A program made the translations under genes and the position numbers. 64,000 nucleotides of DNA from a virus (Duplodnaviria; Caudoviricetes). Location: positions 9,104-73,103 of IMG/VR virus record IMGVR_UViG_3300047160_010653. One strand, written 5' to 3'. Positions 1 to 10,971 of this stretch are shown here, piece by piece; the stretch's first letter is position 1; every line of letters begins with the position of its first letter. Under the pieces are notes generated by a model. That model saw nothing but the letters and a program-made list of their open reading frames with translations. It was not told the origin of the DNA and did no database searches.

Positions 1-1
1 C

Positions 2-529
2 GTGCGCGAGGCCATGCGTGAGGCTGCGCAGGAGACTGCCGATTTCATCCTGTTCCGCACCCAGGAAGACATCGAGGAGGCTGGTAACTTCGGTGACAAA
101 TGGACTGAAATGATCAATGCCGACATTTCGGAGACCCAACGTACGATACGGCTCGATGTCACAATCGACCCTGAAGGACCGCCCCAGGTCTACTGGCCTG
201 TATTCGAATATAGCGCGCATATCGAGGCAAAGAACCCTTCTGGTTATATGTGGCTGCCGTTCATCGGCGTAGACCGTGCGGCCGCCGGGATCGATGTGTG
301 GCCGCGTGTGTACTCTGGTAACTTGTTCCGCGCCACCAGCAAGAGCGGTACACCGCTGCTCGGTGACGTGGATGCAGCCAAGGCCGGTGACATGCCTTGG
401 CGTTACTTTGGGGTGGAATCCGTCGACATTCCCAAGAAATTTCACCTGCATGAGATCATCAAGGAAGAAGCTGAAAAGGCAAGGATCGCTTTTCACCGTC
501 TCGTAAGTGAGGCCATAACCAATGGCTGA
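2..529 (+). CDS. Tail-associated structural protein (5'-truncated; possible tail completion/neck protein)
   Basis: Open from the window edge; stop overlaps the tape measure start region; positional inference only. Confidence 0.4.
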   Translation: MREAMREAAQETADFILFRTQEDIEEAGNFGDKWTEMINADISETQRTIRLDVTIDPEGPPQVYWPVFEYSAHIEAKNPSGYMWLPFIGVDRAAAGIDVWPRVYSGNLFRATSKSGTPLLGDVDAAKAGDMPWRYFGVESVDIPKKFHLHEIIKEEAEKARIAFHRLVSEAITNG

Positions 530-3500
530 CGACGAAAAACTGCTAACAATCAAATGGGAGAACGATCCCGGCACCGTTGTCGAAGACAGTGGGAAGATGG
601 GGGATGCGGCTGGGAAGAGCTACAAAGAAAAGTTCGAGGCGGCGACCAAGAACCTTGTCACAGGAACGCCGCAAACCGACAAGGCGATCGGGCCGCTTTC
701 CGACCTCATGGCGAAGGTGACGAAAGAGCACATCGCCAAATTGCAGCCGCAACCACTCACTTCAGGTCCGGTAAAGCACGAAGCTACGGCTGCGCATCAA
801 GAGGTGATGAAGCGCATCGAGCCCGCGGTGGCGGTGTTCGAAGGCATTGCGGCTCTCTTTCGGCATGGTTCGATTGGGTTTGTCGCCAACCAATTGCTGA
901 AGCCGTTTTTGGAACGTGCGGAAGAACGAGCAGGCGCAGGGAAGATCGGCACGGTTACAACACCGGTCATGCTGCAGCCTGGGCAGTTGTTGGCGCCCGA
1001 GCTGGCCAAGGTGTCGAAAGCAGCGGGAGCCAGCTTAGCCGACGCATTCAAGGGCAGGATGCTCGAGACAGTAACCGGTGCCGCCCTTGGTAATGCTTTG
1101 ATCCCGGGCGGTCCTGGTTTGTTAGGCGGCGCCATACTGGGAGGTGGCGGGCCTCCGGGGCTTGCTATTGGAGCAACCCTTGGTGTTGCTGGCGTCAAGC
1201 TGGTCTATGACGCTGCGGAAGCTCTGCATGAGTTCGGAGTGGAGTCGGCTCGGACCAATATTGAACTTCACGACATGTCCAAGATCATGGGGATTACCCC
1301 AGAGAAATTCTTGGATATGTCCATTCAAGCAACTCACGCAGGGGTCAACGTCGAGGAGTTCAAGCAAAGTTTCATCCGTTTGGGAGTGACCGCCCAGCGG
1401 CAGATGCCGGAAATCCAGAAGAAGTATGAAGACGCTGGGCGAACTATTGCCGAGTCCAACCTCAAGGTAAAAGAATCTCAAGTAGGGCTGGCACAAGCCG
1501 GGATCAACCTGCAATTCGCTCCGCAGCAGCAGGTGCTGCAGGATATTCAGGGACCGTTGACTGTTCAGGGCGCCCAATTCGGAGTTCAAGGGGCAGGCTT
1601 TGCCGTTGCAGAAGCGCGCGAGCGTTATCGTCAGGTGATGTTTGGCGATATGCCCGATCCGGATGTCGTCAAGCGGCGTCAACAAGCACAGGCCAAGCTA
1701 GCGCTCGATCAAGCCAAGTACAGCGAGGAACAGGCTCAGCTTCGCAAGCAGGAAGCTGACATGGCCGAAGAAAAGCGGTTGATGATGCAGCAGGCTGGCC
1801 TCGGGCCGGAACAGCAGGCGCAGCAGCAATTCGAGATGGCGCGCCTTAACGCAGAGAAGCAACAGGTAGAAGCTCAACGGCTGCGTTACGGGTTGCCGTC
1901 CGAAGTCGAAAAGATGCTCACTGCCGGGCAGCCAATCACAGGAGTAGAAGCCGGGAAGATCGAGCCCGAAGCGCTGCGCGAAGCCGTCTTCAAGATGGGT
2001 GGCGGCGAGGCCGGTGGTATCATCGATGTTACGAAGCAACTTCTTGCAGGGCCGTTCGCGGGTTTAACGGATGCGGAGAAGGTGGGACAGCTCGGGAAGA
2101 TCATCCCTCAGATACAACGTGGACCGCAAGCCGGTGGCTGGTTGGATTTCTTCCAGTCAGGCGGGGCCAATCTCACTAAGGAAGAGAAAGACTGGCGCAC
2201 CGGCGTGTTGGAGCGACTGGACCAGGGCTTGCCGAGTTCGAGACGGACCGTAGCCGAAGAAGAGTTCCAGAAGCTCCAGGTTAAGTATGGCGGGGCGGCG
2301 GTCGGCGTCGGTGAAGGTGTGCAGTCGACCACACGAGCTTTTGGCGACGTGGCCACCGGCATTAAGACAGCCGGGTTTGGCGTAGTTAACGCCTTGAACA
2401 CAGTTGCTGGCGGTATCAGAGGGACGACAGGGGTTGAAGGTGGAGGGGGTGACAAAAGCAAAGGTGACGACGAGGATAACATGGTTGGTGGCGGCCTTGT
2501 CGGCGGATACGGCAGCGGCACCAGTGACAGCAATCTGATTCACGCCTCAAAGGGCGAGTATATGATCCGCGCAGACGGATCAAACCTCGATGACGCTGTC
2601 AGGCATTTCATCCCAGGTTATGCTGGTGGCGGCGAGATCGATCCCAACGACCCCCTGGGCTACAAACGAACTCACCTGTACCGTTCGGCGATCAAGAAGA
2701 TAAAGAGGGACAAACCTTCCTGGGCGTATCAGGCGCCGAAGGCTTTCCACCCCATGCATCCTGAGCATGAAACGGAAAAAGCACCTTTCACAGGGCCTGG
2801 GGTGGCACCGAAGACTGCGGCTGCGACGAAGGGGCCTGGGCCGTGGGGAGGGTATGCCAACGAACAGCAAATGAAGCTCGCTGCCGATTACGAGCTTCGT
2901 ATGCGGACGCGCGATTTCGATCCGAAGAACGTTCAAGAGTATTTGAAGCAACTGCAGGCAGGCAAGACAGTCGAAGAACTTCGTGAAGAGCGCAAGCAAG
3001 CTGTGCTGGCTCCGCATCCGGCAGTCTACCGTCTGCCCGACCAATTCCCCGGTCCAATGGTACGCGTCACCCAGGAAGACGCCATTAGGGCTTCCAGGCA
3101 GGAATTTCTGGACCGGCAGACATCTGCTGAACCTGTACCGTTGCCGCGCGAGGCTCCTGTACCGTTGCCGCGTGAGGCCCCTGGACCGCCAGGGCTTGTA
3201 TCCCGGTTCATGGATGCGCTGACTTCGGAATCCAAAGGATTTTCGCCGCCCGAGATCAAACCGGCAGGAGAGAAAAAAGAGAAGGAAACTGCTGAGGGTT
3301 ATGCCGAAGGCGGTGAGATCAAGAACGCCGAGGATTATCTGAAATCTCTGCAAGAAGAAAAGCAGATGACGCATGAAGGCGAAGGGGTTTCAGGTGTCGG
3401 CGAAGGCATCAACGTTCCTCCGGAAGCCATCAGCATGGCTGCTCAAAAGGCTATCGGCTGGGGAACTTCGGCAGCACGGTTTCTAGCGCCTGAACTGCCG

Positions 3501-4148
3501 ATGGCTGCTGATATGGCCTTGGGGGCGACCAGCCCTGCCATGACCCTGGGGCAGTTCGGCGCGCTGCTGTATTCGGAATCTCACAAGCATGAGCCGATGA
3601 CGTTGAATGAGGTTCTCCGGATGCACCGTGGTTCATCGGTGCGCGAGCGGGAACAGCAGCGGTTCAGAGAAGGGGTGGCTGCGGATGCCGACAGGTACGC
3701 TGAAGGCGGGCTGATCCGGGCTAGCAAAGGCGAGTATCTGGTGTCGGCCGACGGCTCGAACCTCGGTGATGCCATCAGTCACTTCACCCGCGGCTACCAA
3801 GGCGGTGGCCCTATTGATGTCAGCAACCTGATGCTGCGGAACACCCAACCGGCACAAGACACGCACCTGCAACCTGGGCCAGAAGCGCTCGGCCTGGAAG
3901 AAGGCGCAGCACGGTTGGCCAGTTCATTTGCAGCCGGTGTTGCGCAGATGGAATCAACTATGCCGGGGCCCTATGTTGCCGGAGGCGGCGGCGGAGGCGG
4001 GATGGCTGGTTATCATCAGCTCGATATCAGAACCAATCAGGGATCATTCTCCGCGATGATTGCTCCGGACACCATGACGGCGCTGCAGAGTTCGGCCTTG
4101 GGGGCGAAGATCAGCTCCACCGGACAAAGACCCTCCTGGTACAGCTAA
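522..4148 (+). CDS. Tape measure-like protein
   Basis: 1208 aa, Ala/Gly/Gln-rich with coiled-coil stretches; repeated YAxGG motifs and two copies of the S-x-GEY-x-x-x-ADGSNL block typical of tape measure C-termini; precedes tail tip genes. Confidence 0.65.
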   Translation: MADDEKLLTIKWENDPGTVVEDSGKMGDAAGKSYKEKFEAATKNLVTGTPQTDKAIGPLSDLMAKVTKEHIAKLQPQPLTSGPVKHEATAAHQEVMKRIEPAVAVFEGIAALFRHGSIGFVANQLLKPFLERAEERAGAGKIGTVTTPVMLQPGQLLAPELAKVSKAAGASLADAFKGRMLETVTGAALGNALIPGGPGLLGGAILGGGGPPGLAIGATLGVAGVKLVYDAAEALHEFGVESARTNIELHDMSKIMGITPEKFLDMSIQATHAGVNVEEFKQSFIRLGVTAQRQMPEIQKKYEDAGRTIAESNLKVKESQVGLAQAGINLQFAPQQQVLQDIQGPLTVQGAQFGVQGAGFAVAEARERYRQVMFGDMPDPDVVKRRQQAQAKLALDQAKYSEEQAQLRKQEADMAEEKRLMMQQAGLGPEQQAQQQFEMARLNAEKQQVEAQRLRYGLPSEVEKMLTAGQPITGVEAGKIEPEALREAVFKMGGGEAGGIIDVTKQLLAGPFAGLTDAEKVGQLGKIIPQIQRGPQAGGWLDFFQSGGANLTKEEKDWRTGVLERLDQGLPSSRRTVAEEEFQKLQVKYGGAAVGVGEGVQSTTRAFGDVATGIKTAGFGVVNALNTVAGGIRGTTGVEGGGGDKSKGDDEDNMVGGGLVGGYGSGTSDSNLIHASKGEYMIRADGSNLDDAVRHFIPGYAGGGEIDPNDPLGYKRTHLYRSAIKKIKRDKPSWAYQAPKAFHPMHPEHETEKAPFTGPGVAPKTAAATKGPGPWGGYANEQQMKLAADYELRMRTRDFDPKNVQEYLKQLQAGKTVEELREERKQAVLAPHPAVYRLPDQFPGPMVRVTQEDAIRASRQEFLDRQTSAEPVPLPREAPVPLPREAPGPPGLVSRFMDALTSESKGFSPPEIKPAGEKKEKETAEGYAEGGEIKNAEDYLKSLQEEKQMTHEGEGVSGVGEGINVPPEAISMAAQKAIGWGTSAARFLAPELPMAADMALGATSPAMTLGQFGALLYSESHKHEPMTLNEVLRMHRGSSVREREQQRFREGVAADADRYAEGGLIRASKGEYLVSADGSNLGDAISHFTRGYQGGGPIDVSNLMLRNTQPAQDTHLQPGPEALGLEEGAARLASSFAAGVAQMESTMPGPYVAGGGGGGGMAGYHQLDIRTNQGSFSAMIAPDTMTALQSSALGAKISSTGQRPSWYS

Positions 4149-4612
4149 TGTATCTCCCCTTCGGCACACTGCTGGTCATTACACCTCTATCAGGGACCAA
4201 CACTCCGGTGTTGACGCCATACTCCGCACGCGGGTTGACGCAGACCTACGAACCGATCAAGCCCTCCGGGCAGGGGAATGATTGGTTGCGGCGTGATGTC
4301 AACGCCGTGCTGCGATCGCTGGTTGACACCCGGTTTCAGAAACTCAAGACCACGATCACCTGCAAGGACGGCGAAACGCCGTGCTTGGATTCGGCGTGGA
4401 TCGGCACTGAGGTGATGATCGACTGCGTGTTCGAGTTGTCGTACCCATTGGGGGCCTCCCCCTCTCGTCCGGTGGTCGCGGGCTCCTCGAAGAGCTTCGG
4501 TCATATCACCTACTACCGGCCGCAACTGATTTGTCTGATCAAGGATATCCGAGCAGCGCTCGCCGAGTATCCAGCGCTGTACGACTGGCAGATCGACACT
4601 GAAGAGAAATGA
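4148..4612 (+). CDS. Distal tail (Dit-like) protein
   Basis: 154 aa beta-rich ORF coupled to the tape measure stop (TAATG); position between tape measure and hub. Confidence 0.45.
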   Translation: MYLPFGTLLVITPLSGTNTPVLTPYSARGLTQTYEPIKPSGQGNDWLRRDVNAVLRSLVDTRFQKLKTTITCKDGETPCLDSAWIGTEVMIDCVFELSYPLGASPSRPVVAGSSKSFGHITYYRPQLICLIKDIRAALAEYPALYDWQIDTEEK

Positions 4613-7587
4613 ACCGCGAGTATACGTTATATTTTGCTTGGACGCCAATTGGGACACCTTGGGATGTTTCATTAGCTCGGTTTGACGAAAATATTTTTAA
4701 CCTGCTGATCGAGCATGATGAAGGCCAGATACCGACGGCGGTTATCGAGATCAAGAACCCTCGGCGAGGTCTGATTGATCCACATCTGATGGCCTGGGCT
4801 TGGATCAGTTACTCGGTTGACGAGTGCGGGCCGTTTCCTTTGTTCTATGGGCGATTAATCGGCATCCCTGAAAAGATGCTGCTCAATACCGTTCGCATCA
4901 AGTTCATCGCGCGAGCTGACAACTACGTACAGCAGAAGCAACAGATCGCAGAAGGGCTGAAGATCGCGCCACACTACGACTACATCTGGGTGGACGATCT
5001 TAAACGGGATGATCCAGATACAATACTCGAAGGCTGGTCAGCGCTTTATCACGTAGACCGGGTTACTTTGAAAGTTTTGGCTTCCGATATTCTCTTAGGT
5101 GAGGATGGCACTGTCGACTTTGCTGACGAAGAAGTATTCTACGACAGTTTCGATATTCAGACACTACAATCGCCTCTGGTCGCCGTCAATGTCAAGGCCG
5201 AAGTGAATTGGAACCAGCAAGTCGGCGGTTCGATTGCGCTGGGGTCGTGGGCGTTTCCCACTTTGGGTGGGGAACCTTTTGTGGGCGCGTGGCCGCAGTC
5301 AGGGCAAGCGCTCGGCGGCGGTTGGTACGTCGGCATCGCCTGGGCGGGCGAACGTGATCCTGACCCAGCTTCACTGGCACTGATGACAGCAGCTCCGCAG
5401 GTGACTTCGTACACCTATCAGTGGGTCAACACCATGAAGACCCACCAGACCGGCGATACCATGTCGGTCTCGATCAACTACACGCCGCCGTGGGGGACGG
5501 AAATCGTCCTCAAGCAATCTAGCCAGATGGGGATTATCAACCCCTACAATGTCGACGCCCAAGGCAATCCTGATCCAATCAATCAACCAGCCAAAGCAAG
5601 TATCGACTGGTTTTGCTATAAAACTTTCAAGCTCGGTTTTGACGGCAAACAATCGCTGGCGGTTCTTTCGTGCGCCTATTTTGCCGACAGGAAGCGGGTC
5701 GAACGCATCGAGCTGACGGTACAGGCTGATGTGCAGCCGATGCTGGTCGATCCGACCGTCGTCGAAGACACCGAAACTATCACATTAAAAAGTGCCAATC
5801 TTTCAGAGCCACAGCTTGATCTCGACAACTGGTCAACGGTTGGCGGGGGTCATGCTGTAGGTGTCGGAGTGATCATCTTCCCAGACAACCCGCTGGTGCC
5901 CGGACAATCGTCTTCGCAAATCTGCGTCACTAGCGGCAACACTGGTGCGGAAGAACCGATCTTCTCCAACATCCCTGGCCAGACAACGCAAGACGGCACC
6001 GTGGTGTGGGCAAGTTTGGGAGACACCCCTCCACCAAGTTCGGCACAGGATTGGGTGCCTGCAGCCCGTGTCGGGATCGGTACGTTGATTGTCCCTAAAC
6101 CTATCCTCGGCGTGCCCGACTTTGACTCGGCGTTGAAGCCCGGCTCACTCACGTTTCCCAAGCAAGGTTTGCCGGTGGCGCAGTATACGGTGTTCACCCA
6201 CGGCAATGGCGGCCCGTATGCAGCGATGAGTCAATGCAATCGTGCTGGGATACTTAACGGCCCGTCGGACGATCAGGCACCCAGCTTTATCGGCTTCACC
6301 AATCCCTCGGGCGCGTTTGCTTACATCTGCATCCAAGGCGGCGAAACCAGTCTGTACTATCATTCCTGGCCTGAGGCCAAAGGCGCGCAGATTAATGACG
6401 GAGCAACGTGGTTGTGTGTCGGCACTGCCGGACCGGCACTTGGCGGCGGCCTCGGCATGATTAACGCCGCAAGCTTCTTTCCGACCACCCGCGGTAATAT
6501 GGCAATAGAAAATCTGTTCTCTCGCGCGCGGGCGAAGCTGCGCAAACGTGCCCGCGCAGCGCAGGTAAGTTTTGAAACCCGTTTTGAAACAGCAGCGATG
6601 CTCTCATGCCGTATGAACGGCAAAGTACGAAACATCAACCTGCCGGGTGGCGAAGCCTTTGGCAAAGTGATTGGCTACAAACTAATGGTCGATGGAGACA
6701 GTGGCGTCATCAAAGGATCAGTGCTGCTGGGGTGTAGTATCGGCAAGGAGCAGGTCGATCTCACTGGCACACCGCAGGCATCGCGACCGCCGTTGACTGA
6801 TTACGGGGTGCCGAGCTACGTCACTGAACACTACGTTAAACGTGGATATCAAAGATATGATCCTACGCCACCTATATTGCGTGATGTCTTTATACCTATA
6901 TCCGCATTAACTACAACCAAAGGCGTTGTTTATGCTACGCCGTATGGCGCACCTATCCTTTCTCCGGGCAGCGGAGGTAGCACAGGCGGGATAACTGGCG
7001 GCGGTGGGTGGAATGGCACATGGGGCAGCGGCAATGGCGGGATCAATCCTTTTGGACCTATGCACGGTGTTCCGCCAACAGTGCCGCCGGAAGGATGCGT
7101 AAAAAGCCAATGGTTTTTAGGTCCGTTCGACCCTGGCGGCGACGAGATGTCATACGCACCGCCTGCAAACAACCCCAACGACGATGGCATCCATTTTGAC
7201 GGCTACGGCAATGACCTTGTACTCACCAGCCAATGGCACGGCACGCCAAGCACTTTGAACCAGAACAATATCCAGTCTTATCAGCTAGAGCTGGATCAGA
7301 TCGTCCACAATGCGGTGGCACAGGCGAACCAGACCAAGGAAGTTGCCTTTCCCTCCGTCGGCGGCATCGGCACAGGCACTATCACAAGCTCGGAACCGCC
7401 ATTTTATGACATTCAGGTCGCCGTGCAGCAGGCTGTGTTGAAAGGTCAGAACCAAGGCAAGGCGCTTTGGTATGAGCTGGCACTACGGCCGATCTCCAAT
7501 GGCCCGTTTAATACCTACTATGTCATTCCAACCTCGCCGCTCAAGATCATACAGACGATTGATCTGTCGGCGCCATCGAGGTTCTGA
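4609..7587 (+). CDS. Tail hub / central tail tip protein
   Basis: 992 aa, overlaps the upstream stop; two G-x-T/Q-x-x-DG-x-x-x-W-x-x-x-G motifs seen in phage tail proteins; Gly/Pro-rich C-terminal part. Confidence 0.55.
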   Translation: MNREYTLYFAWTPIGTPWDVSLARFDENIFNLLIEHDEGQIPTAVIEIKNPRRGLIDPHLMAWAWISYSVDECGPFPLFYGRLIGIPEKMLLNTVRIKFIARADNYVQQKQQIAEGLKIAPHYDYIWVDDLKRDDPDTILEGWSALYHVDRVTLKVLASDILLGEDGTVDFADEEVFYDSFDIQTLQSPLVAVNVKAEVNWNQQVGGSIALGSWAFPTLGGEPFVGAWPQSGQALGGGWYVGIAWAGERDPDPASLALMTAAPQVTSYTYQWVNTMKTHQTGDTMSVSINYTPPWGTEIVLKQSSQMGIINPYNVDAQGNPDPINQPAKASIDWFCYKTFKLGFDGKQSLAVLSCAYFADRKRVERIELTVQADVQPMLVDPTVVEDTETITLKSANLSEPQLDLDNWSTVGGGHAVGVGVIIFPDNPLVPGQSSSQICVTSGNTGAEEPIFSNIPGQTTQDGTVVWASLGDTPPPSSAQDWVPAARVGIGTLIVPKPILGVPDFDSALKPGSLTFPKQGLPVAQYTVFTHGNGGPYAAMSQCNRAGILNGPSDDQAPSFIGFTNPSGAFAYICIQGGETSLYYHSWPEAKGAQINDGATWLCVGTAGPALGGGLGMINAASFFPTTRGNMAIENLFSRARAKLRKRARAAQVSFETRFETAAMLSCRMNGKVRNINLPGGEAFGKVIGYKLMVDGDSGVIKGSVLLGCSIGKEQVDLTGTPQASRPPLTDYGVPSYVTEHYVKRGYQRYDPTPPILRDVFIPISALTTTKGVVYATPYGAPILSPGSGGSTGGITGGGGWNGTWGSGNGGINPFGPMHGVPPTVPPEGCVKSQWFLGPFDPGGDEMSYAPPANNPNDDGIHFDGYGNDLVLTSQWHGTPSTLNQNNIQSYQLELDQIVHNAVAQANQTKEVAFPSVGGIGTGTITSSEPPFYDIQVAVQQAVLKGQNQGKALWYELALRPISNGPFNTYYVIPTSPLKIIQTIDLSAPSRF

Positions 7588-7829
7588 TGCCCGCAGGCAT
7601 TCAAGATGCAGTAAGGACCAGTCAGCTCCCCGATACCTCGGTGGGTCAGCCTTACATTGCGCCGGGGAGCATGACCAGCAACAAGCCAATCACCCTCACT
7701 CCAGGGTTTGGTGCATCGCCACCGTCGACGTTGCCGCCGATCCAGACTGGGAGTGGACACTACGACATCACCATCACTTATTACATGGATCAAGCTGCGG
7801 TTGAACAGCAGACCGCTACGGAGCAATAG
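7587..7829 (+). CDS. Small tail-cluster hypothetical protein
   Basis: 80 aa, coupled at both ends (TGATG; next ATG immediately after TAG). Confidence 0.5.
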   Translation: MPAGIQDAVRTSQLPDTSVGQPYIAPGSMTSNKPITLTPGFGASPPSTLPPIQTGSGHYDITITYYMDQAAVEQQTATEQ

Positions 7830-8813
7830 ATGGTCTACAAATTCCGCACCACTGGTCCGTGGGGTCCTGGTCTCGGGTACGACCTTAACCCCGAGGATGT
7901 CGATGGAAACTTCTGGCAGGCGATCCAGGACATTCAGGCCAAGAGTGCACAGGGTGTCGGTATCTCGAACATCACCGTACACGGCAATCAGTTCTCGGTG
8001 GTGCTGACGGATCATTCCATACTTGGTCCGTACACAATGCCGATGATGACCTTGACCTTCAAGGGTACCTGGCAACCGAATTTCAGTTACAGTGCTGGCG
8101 ACATCATTACCTATGGCGGCTCGACCTACATGGTTCGGGCGAACCATCTCTCGGCCGCGACGTTCGACCCCGGAGCCAATGACGGTCATGGCACCGATTA
8201 CTACGGTCTCCTGCTGTCGAACCCGGCTTGCACTCTCCCCTCAGGCGGGCCGGTAGGCAATTTCCTGCGCAAGGCAGGCGTCGGCGACTACGTCACACAG
8301 TGGCAGACAGCCGCGCTGCATGATCTATCGGACGTAAGCTTGCCTCAATCACCACCGCCCGCAAGCGGGAATGTCCTTACTTACGAGAGCGGGCTCTGGG
8401 TGGCAAGGAGTGGCATAACTGCCCTCGCTGACCTAAGCGATGTGAACATATCCAGCCCGGCAAACAATGATGTCCTGCAATACAATGGGTCAAACTGGTT
8501 CAATGGCCCTGCGCCTTCGAAGCGCATCAATTCGTCCGTCAGCAGTACGACGCTGGATACTTCGGCATACGACATATTCAACATAACTCCCAGCAGCGGC
8601 AATACCTGGGTGACCTCGATACTTGTGCCAGGGCAGGAGATCACGTTAATCTTCACGACTTCGGGAACATCGTCCTACAATCAAGTGTTCGGCTCCGGGC
8701 TCAAGTCTCAGGGTACTCTGGCCACTGGTACGGTTGACAGTAAGGTGTTCACCGTAACTTTCCTGGCGGATAATTCCAGTTACAACGAGATTTGCCGTAC
8801 AACGGCGATGTGA
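7830..8813 (+). CDS. Tail fibre protein with carbohydrate-binding-like motif and shaft repeats
   Basis: GTWQPNFSYSAGDIITYGGSTY (CBM5/12-like); two L-x-DLSDV repeats followed by VLxY-x-x-x-x-W fibre motifs. Confidence 0.65.
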   Translation: MVYKFRTTGPWGPGLGYDLNPEDVDGNFWQAIQDIQAKSAQGVGISNITVHGNQFSVVLTDHSILGPYTMPMMTLTFKGTWQPNFSYSAGDIITYGGSTYMVRANHLSAATFDPGANDGHGTDYYGLLLSNPACTLPSGGPVGNFLRKAGVGDYVTQWQTAALHDLSDVSLPQSPPPASGNVLTYESGLWVARSGITALADLSDVNISSPANNDVLQYNGSNWFNGPAPSKRINSSVSSTTLDTSAYDIFNITPSSGNTWVTSILVPGQEITLIFTTSGTSSYNQVFGSGLKSQGTLATGTVDSKVFTVTFLADNSSYNEICRTTAM

Positions 8814-8837
8814 TGCCAAAGCGTCCGGTCGATAATA

Positions 8838-10958
8838 ATGGTTGACGATCCCCGTCTGCGCAAGGCGCACGTCAAGCGCGTTTACCTCTCCGATCCGGTT
8901 GACACCAGTGATCAACCCTTCAATCCCAATGCCGGGCCGCCCAGTCCGGACGCTGGCAAGCCAACTGACAAATCAATCTGGGTCGACGTGTTGCGTATCG
9001 ATAACATGTTCATCGACTACAAAGCTATAGATACCGGCAAACGCACCAGCACACAGTACAAGTTTACGTGGAATGACGATCCGAAGAAAGCCGATCCGGA
9101 CAACAACACAGCCGATGTACAGCAGGAAAACGGCAATTCCGCCAGGAAGACTAAGCAGGTTCTGGTTCACAATCCGCAAGAATACGATCCCAGTAATAAG
9201 ACTGCAGGTACATCGATCCCGTTATGGCTTATCAACAAGACACCGGTGAGCAACAGAGGCGGAGGACAACCCGGCATTGAGGATGGCCAGACTCACCAAG
9301 TCATCAGTTGGAAATTCAACAACACCAATCCGGTCGACGCTCAGGATGATCCGAGCCTGCCACAGCCATCGAAGCGTGATGTTACTGCAGTACGAGTGTT
9401 GAACAATAATCTGCAGAGTAACAACCCCGGCGTGCCTTCTGTCAATTTTGATTTTGATGACAAGAATGTGGTGGCCCCCTGGGAAGACTATCTTGCAGCG
9501 CTTCAGGAAGGCAGCACGGACGACAGTCAGTTTGTCGATGTGGAATTTCCGGATGCGTTTTTTGTCGTGTTCGGTGCTGATCTCACCAAAGGAGTCAGAG
9601 GTCAGACCGTCAAGTACAAGCTGGCAAACAATAAAGCCATCGAAGAGGCAACCAGCAATATTGATGGCTCGCTGCTGTTTCAAAAAACCTCGGACATCAC
9701 TACCGACGATCCGAATGTCACTCTGCCGCCTCCGGTGCGCACCGACCCACTGCAGATGATCGTCAACGTGGGTTGGTCAAATCCCATTTTAGGGTTTACT
9801 AATTTTCCCGATTTGACATCGTCCAGTGACGGCAAGACATGGAAGAAGTTTGTAATTACTACCAAAGGGATGTCCACCGGAGCATACGGAAATGGGGTCT
9901 GGCTGGGTATTAATATTTTCAATACTCCAACCATTGTTTTTTCTTCTAAGGATGGTGCAAAGACTTGGACTCAAGTTGGCACAGTTTCCGATGCCTTCCA
10001 GGGAATGTGCTTTTTTAATGTAAAGGATGATCAAGGTAAAACAAAACCGACTTTCGTTGTCTCCGGTTCTAGGAAAATTTACACCTCCACCGATAATGGT
10101 AAAACTTGGGTTGTAACGCTTGATTTCAGCTCTAATCTAAGTAACACCGCCCCGAATATACAATTTACCTGTGAAGCTGGCGGCTTCTTCTATGCCGGAG
10201 TCGTTAATCCAGCACCACGTGATGATAGTAACAATCCTAAAAGCAATCCAACTTGCAAACTGTACATCTCTAAGGATGGGGTGGTCTGGACACCTCAAAC
10301 ATTATTCAGCAGCGTAGACTGGGGAGCCTTAAACCCATTCTACCAACAGCCTCCATTTCCGTACAACGGAAATGATATTATCATGATGACTGTGGGTTAC
10401 GACGTCTTAAAAGATGACGGAGGAGGCAAAAATAAAAAGTGGATCGTATACGCGAACCCCTTTAATTTTGCCGGTTCAGTGTACATCGCAACGTCTTCCG
10501 ATGGTCTATCTTTTGGGAGTGAGACAGTCATAGCCCAGGGCCACAGTGGTACGGTTGAAAACGTATCTATTTTACCCGGATGGTTTGCGACGTCTGGCGG
10601 CGCACAGACTGGAGCCGGTAATGGCGCAGGCACCGGCTTTGTGTGCTCGGTGACTAAGTTAACTGACGACGGCGCCGCAGAACCCAGTTTTACAGTACAG
10701 TGTGCCGTACTTTACTCAGCAGACGGAAGCAGCTGGAAACCAGAGTTGTTTGGCCCTCTGGCAACTGAACAAGGAACCACCAGCGTGGGATTTACGTCGT
10801 TTGGCATCGGTAATACCTTCGTGACTGTTGGTGGCGGCCCCAACAAAGCTGGCATTTGGATGCGCGATAAGAAGAATGGTTCCTGGAGCCTTGTCTACTC
10901 TGAGGGGGACAACCCAGTGTGGTTCGCTAGAGGACCGGTGAACTGGCCGAAACAATAA
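8838..10958 (+). CDS. Tail/receptor-binding protein with C-terminal Asp-box (BNR) beta-propeller
   Basis: Asp-box-like repeats SSSDGKTW, SSKDGAKTW, TSTDNGKTW, ISKDGVVW, TSSDGLSF, YSADGSSW in the C-terminal half. Confidence 0.6.
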   Translation: MVDDPRLRKAHVKRVYLSDPVDTSDQPFNPNAGPPSPDAGKPTDKSIWVDVLRIDNMFIDYKAIDTGKRTSTQYKFTWNDDPKKADPDNNTADVQQENGNSARKTKQVLVHNPQEYDPSNKTAGTSIPLWLINKTPVSNRGGGQPGIEDGQTHQVISWKFNNTNPVDAQDDPSLPQPSKRDVTAVRVLNNNLQSNNPGVPSVNFDFDDKNVVAPWEDYLAALQEGSTDDSQFVDVEFPDAFFVVFGADLTKGVRGQTVKYKLANNKAIEEATSNIDGSLLFQKTSDITTDDPNVTLPPPVRTDPLQMIVNVGWSNPILGFTNFPDLTSSSDGKTWKKFVITTKGMSTGAYGNGVWLGINIFNTPTIVFSSKDGAKTWTQVGTVSDAFQGMCFFNVKDDQGKTKPTFVVSGSRKIYTSTDNGKTWVVTLDFSSNLSNTAPNIQFTCEAGGFFYAGVVNPAPRDDSNNPKSNPTCKLYISKDGVVWTPQTLFSSVDWGALNPFYQQPPFPYNGNDIIMMTVGYDVLKDDGGGKNKKWIVYANPFNFAGSVYIATSSDGLSFGSETVIAQGHSGTVENVSILPGWFATSGGAQTGAGNGAGTGFVCSVTKLTDDGAAEPSFTVQCAVLYSADGSSWKPELFGPLATEQGTTSVGFTSFGIGNTFVTVGGGPNKAGIWMRDKKNGSWSLVYSEGDNPVWFARGPVNWPKQ

Positions 10959-10971
10959 TGAGACCAGAACA

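Noticed and set aside
3132-3179. 24-bp tandem repeat (PVPLPREA x2) in the tape measure gene
   Set aside because: Ordinary low-complexity duplication in a disordered region.
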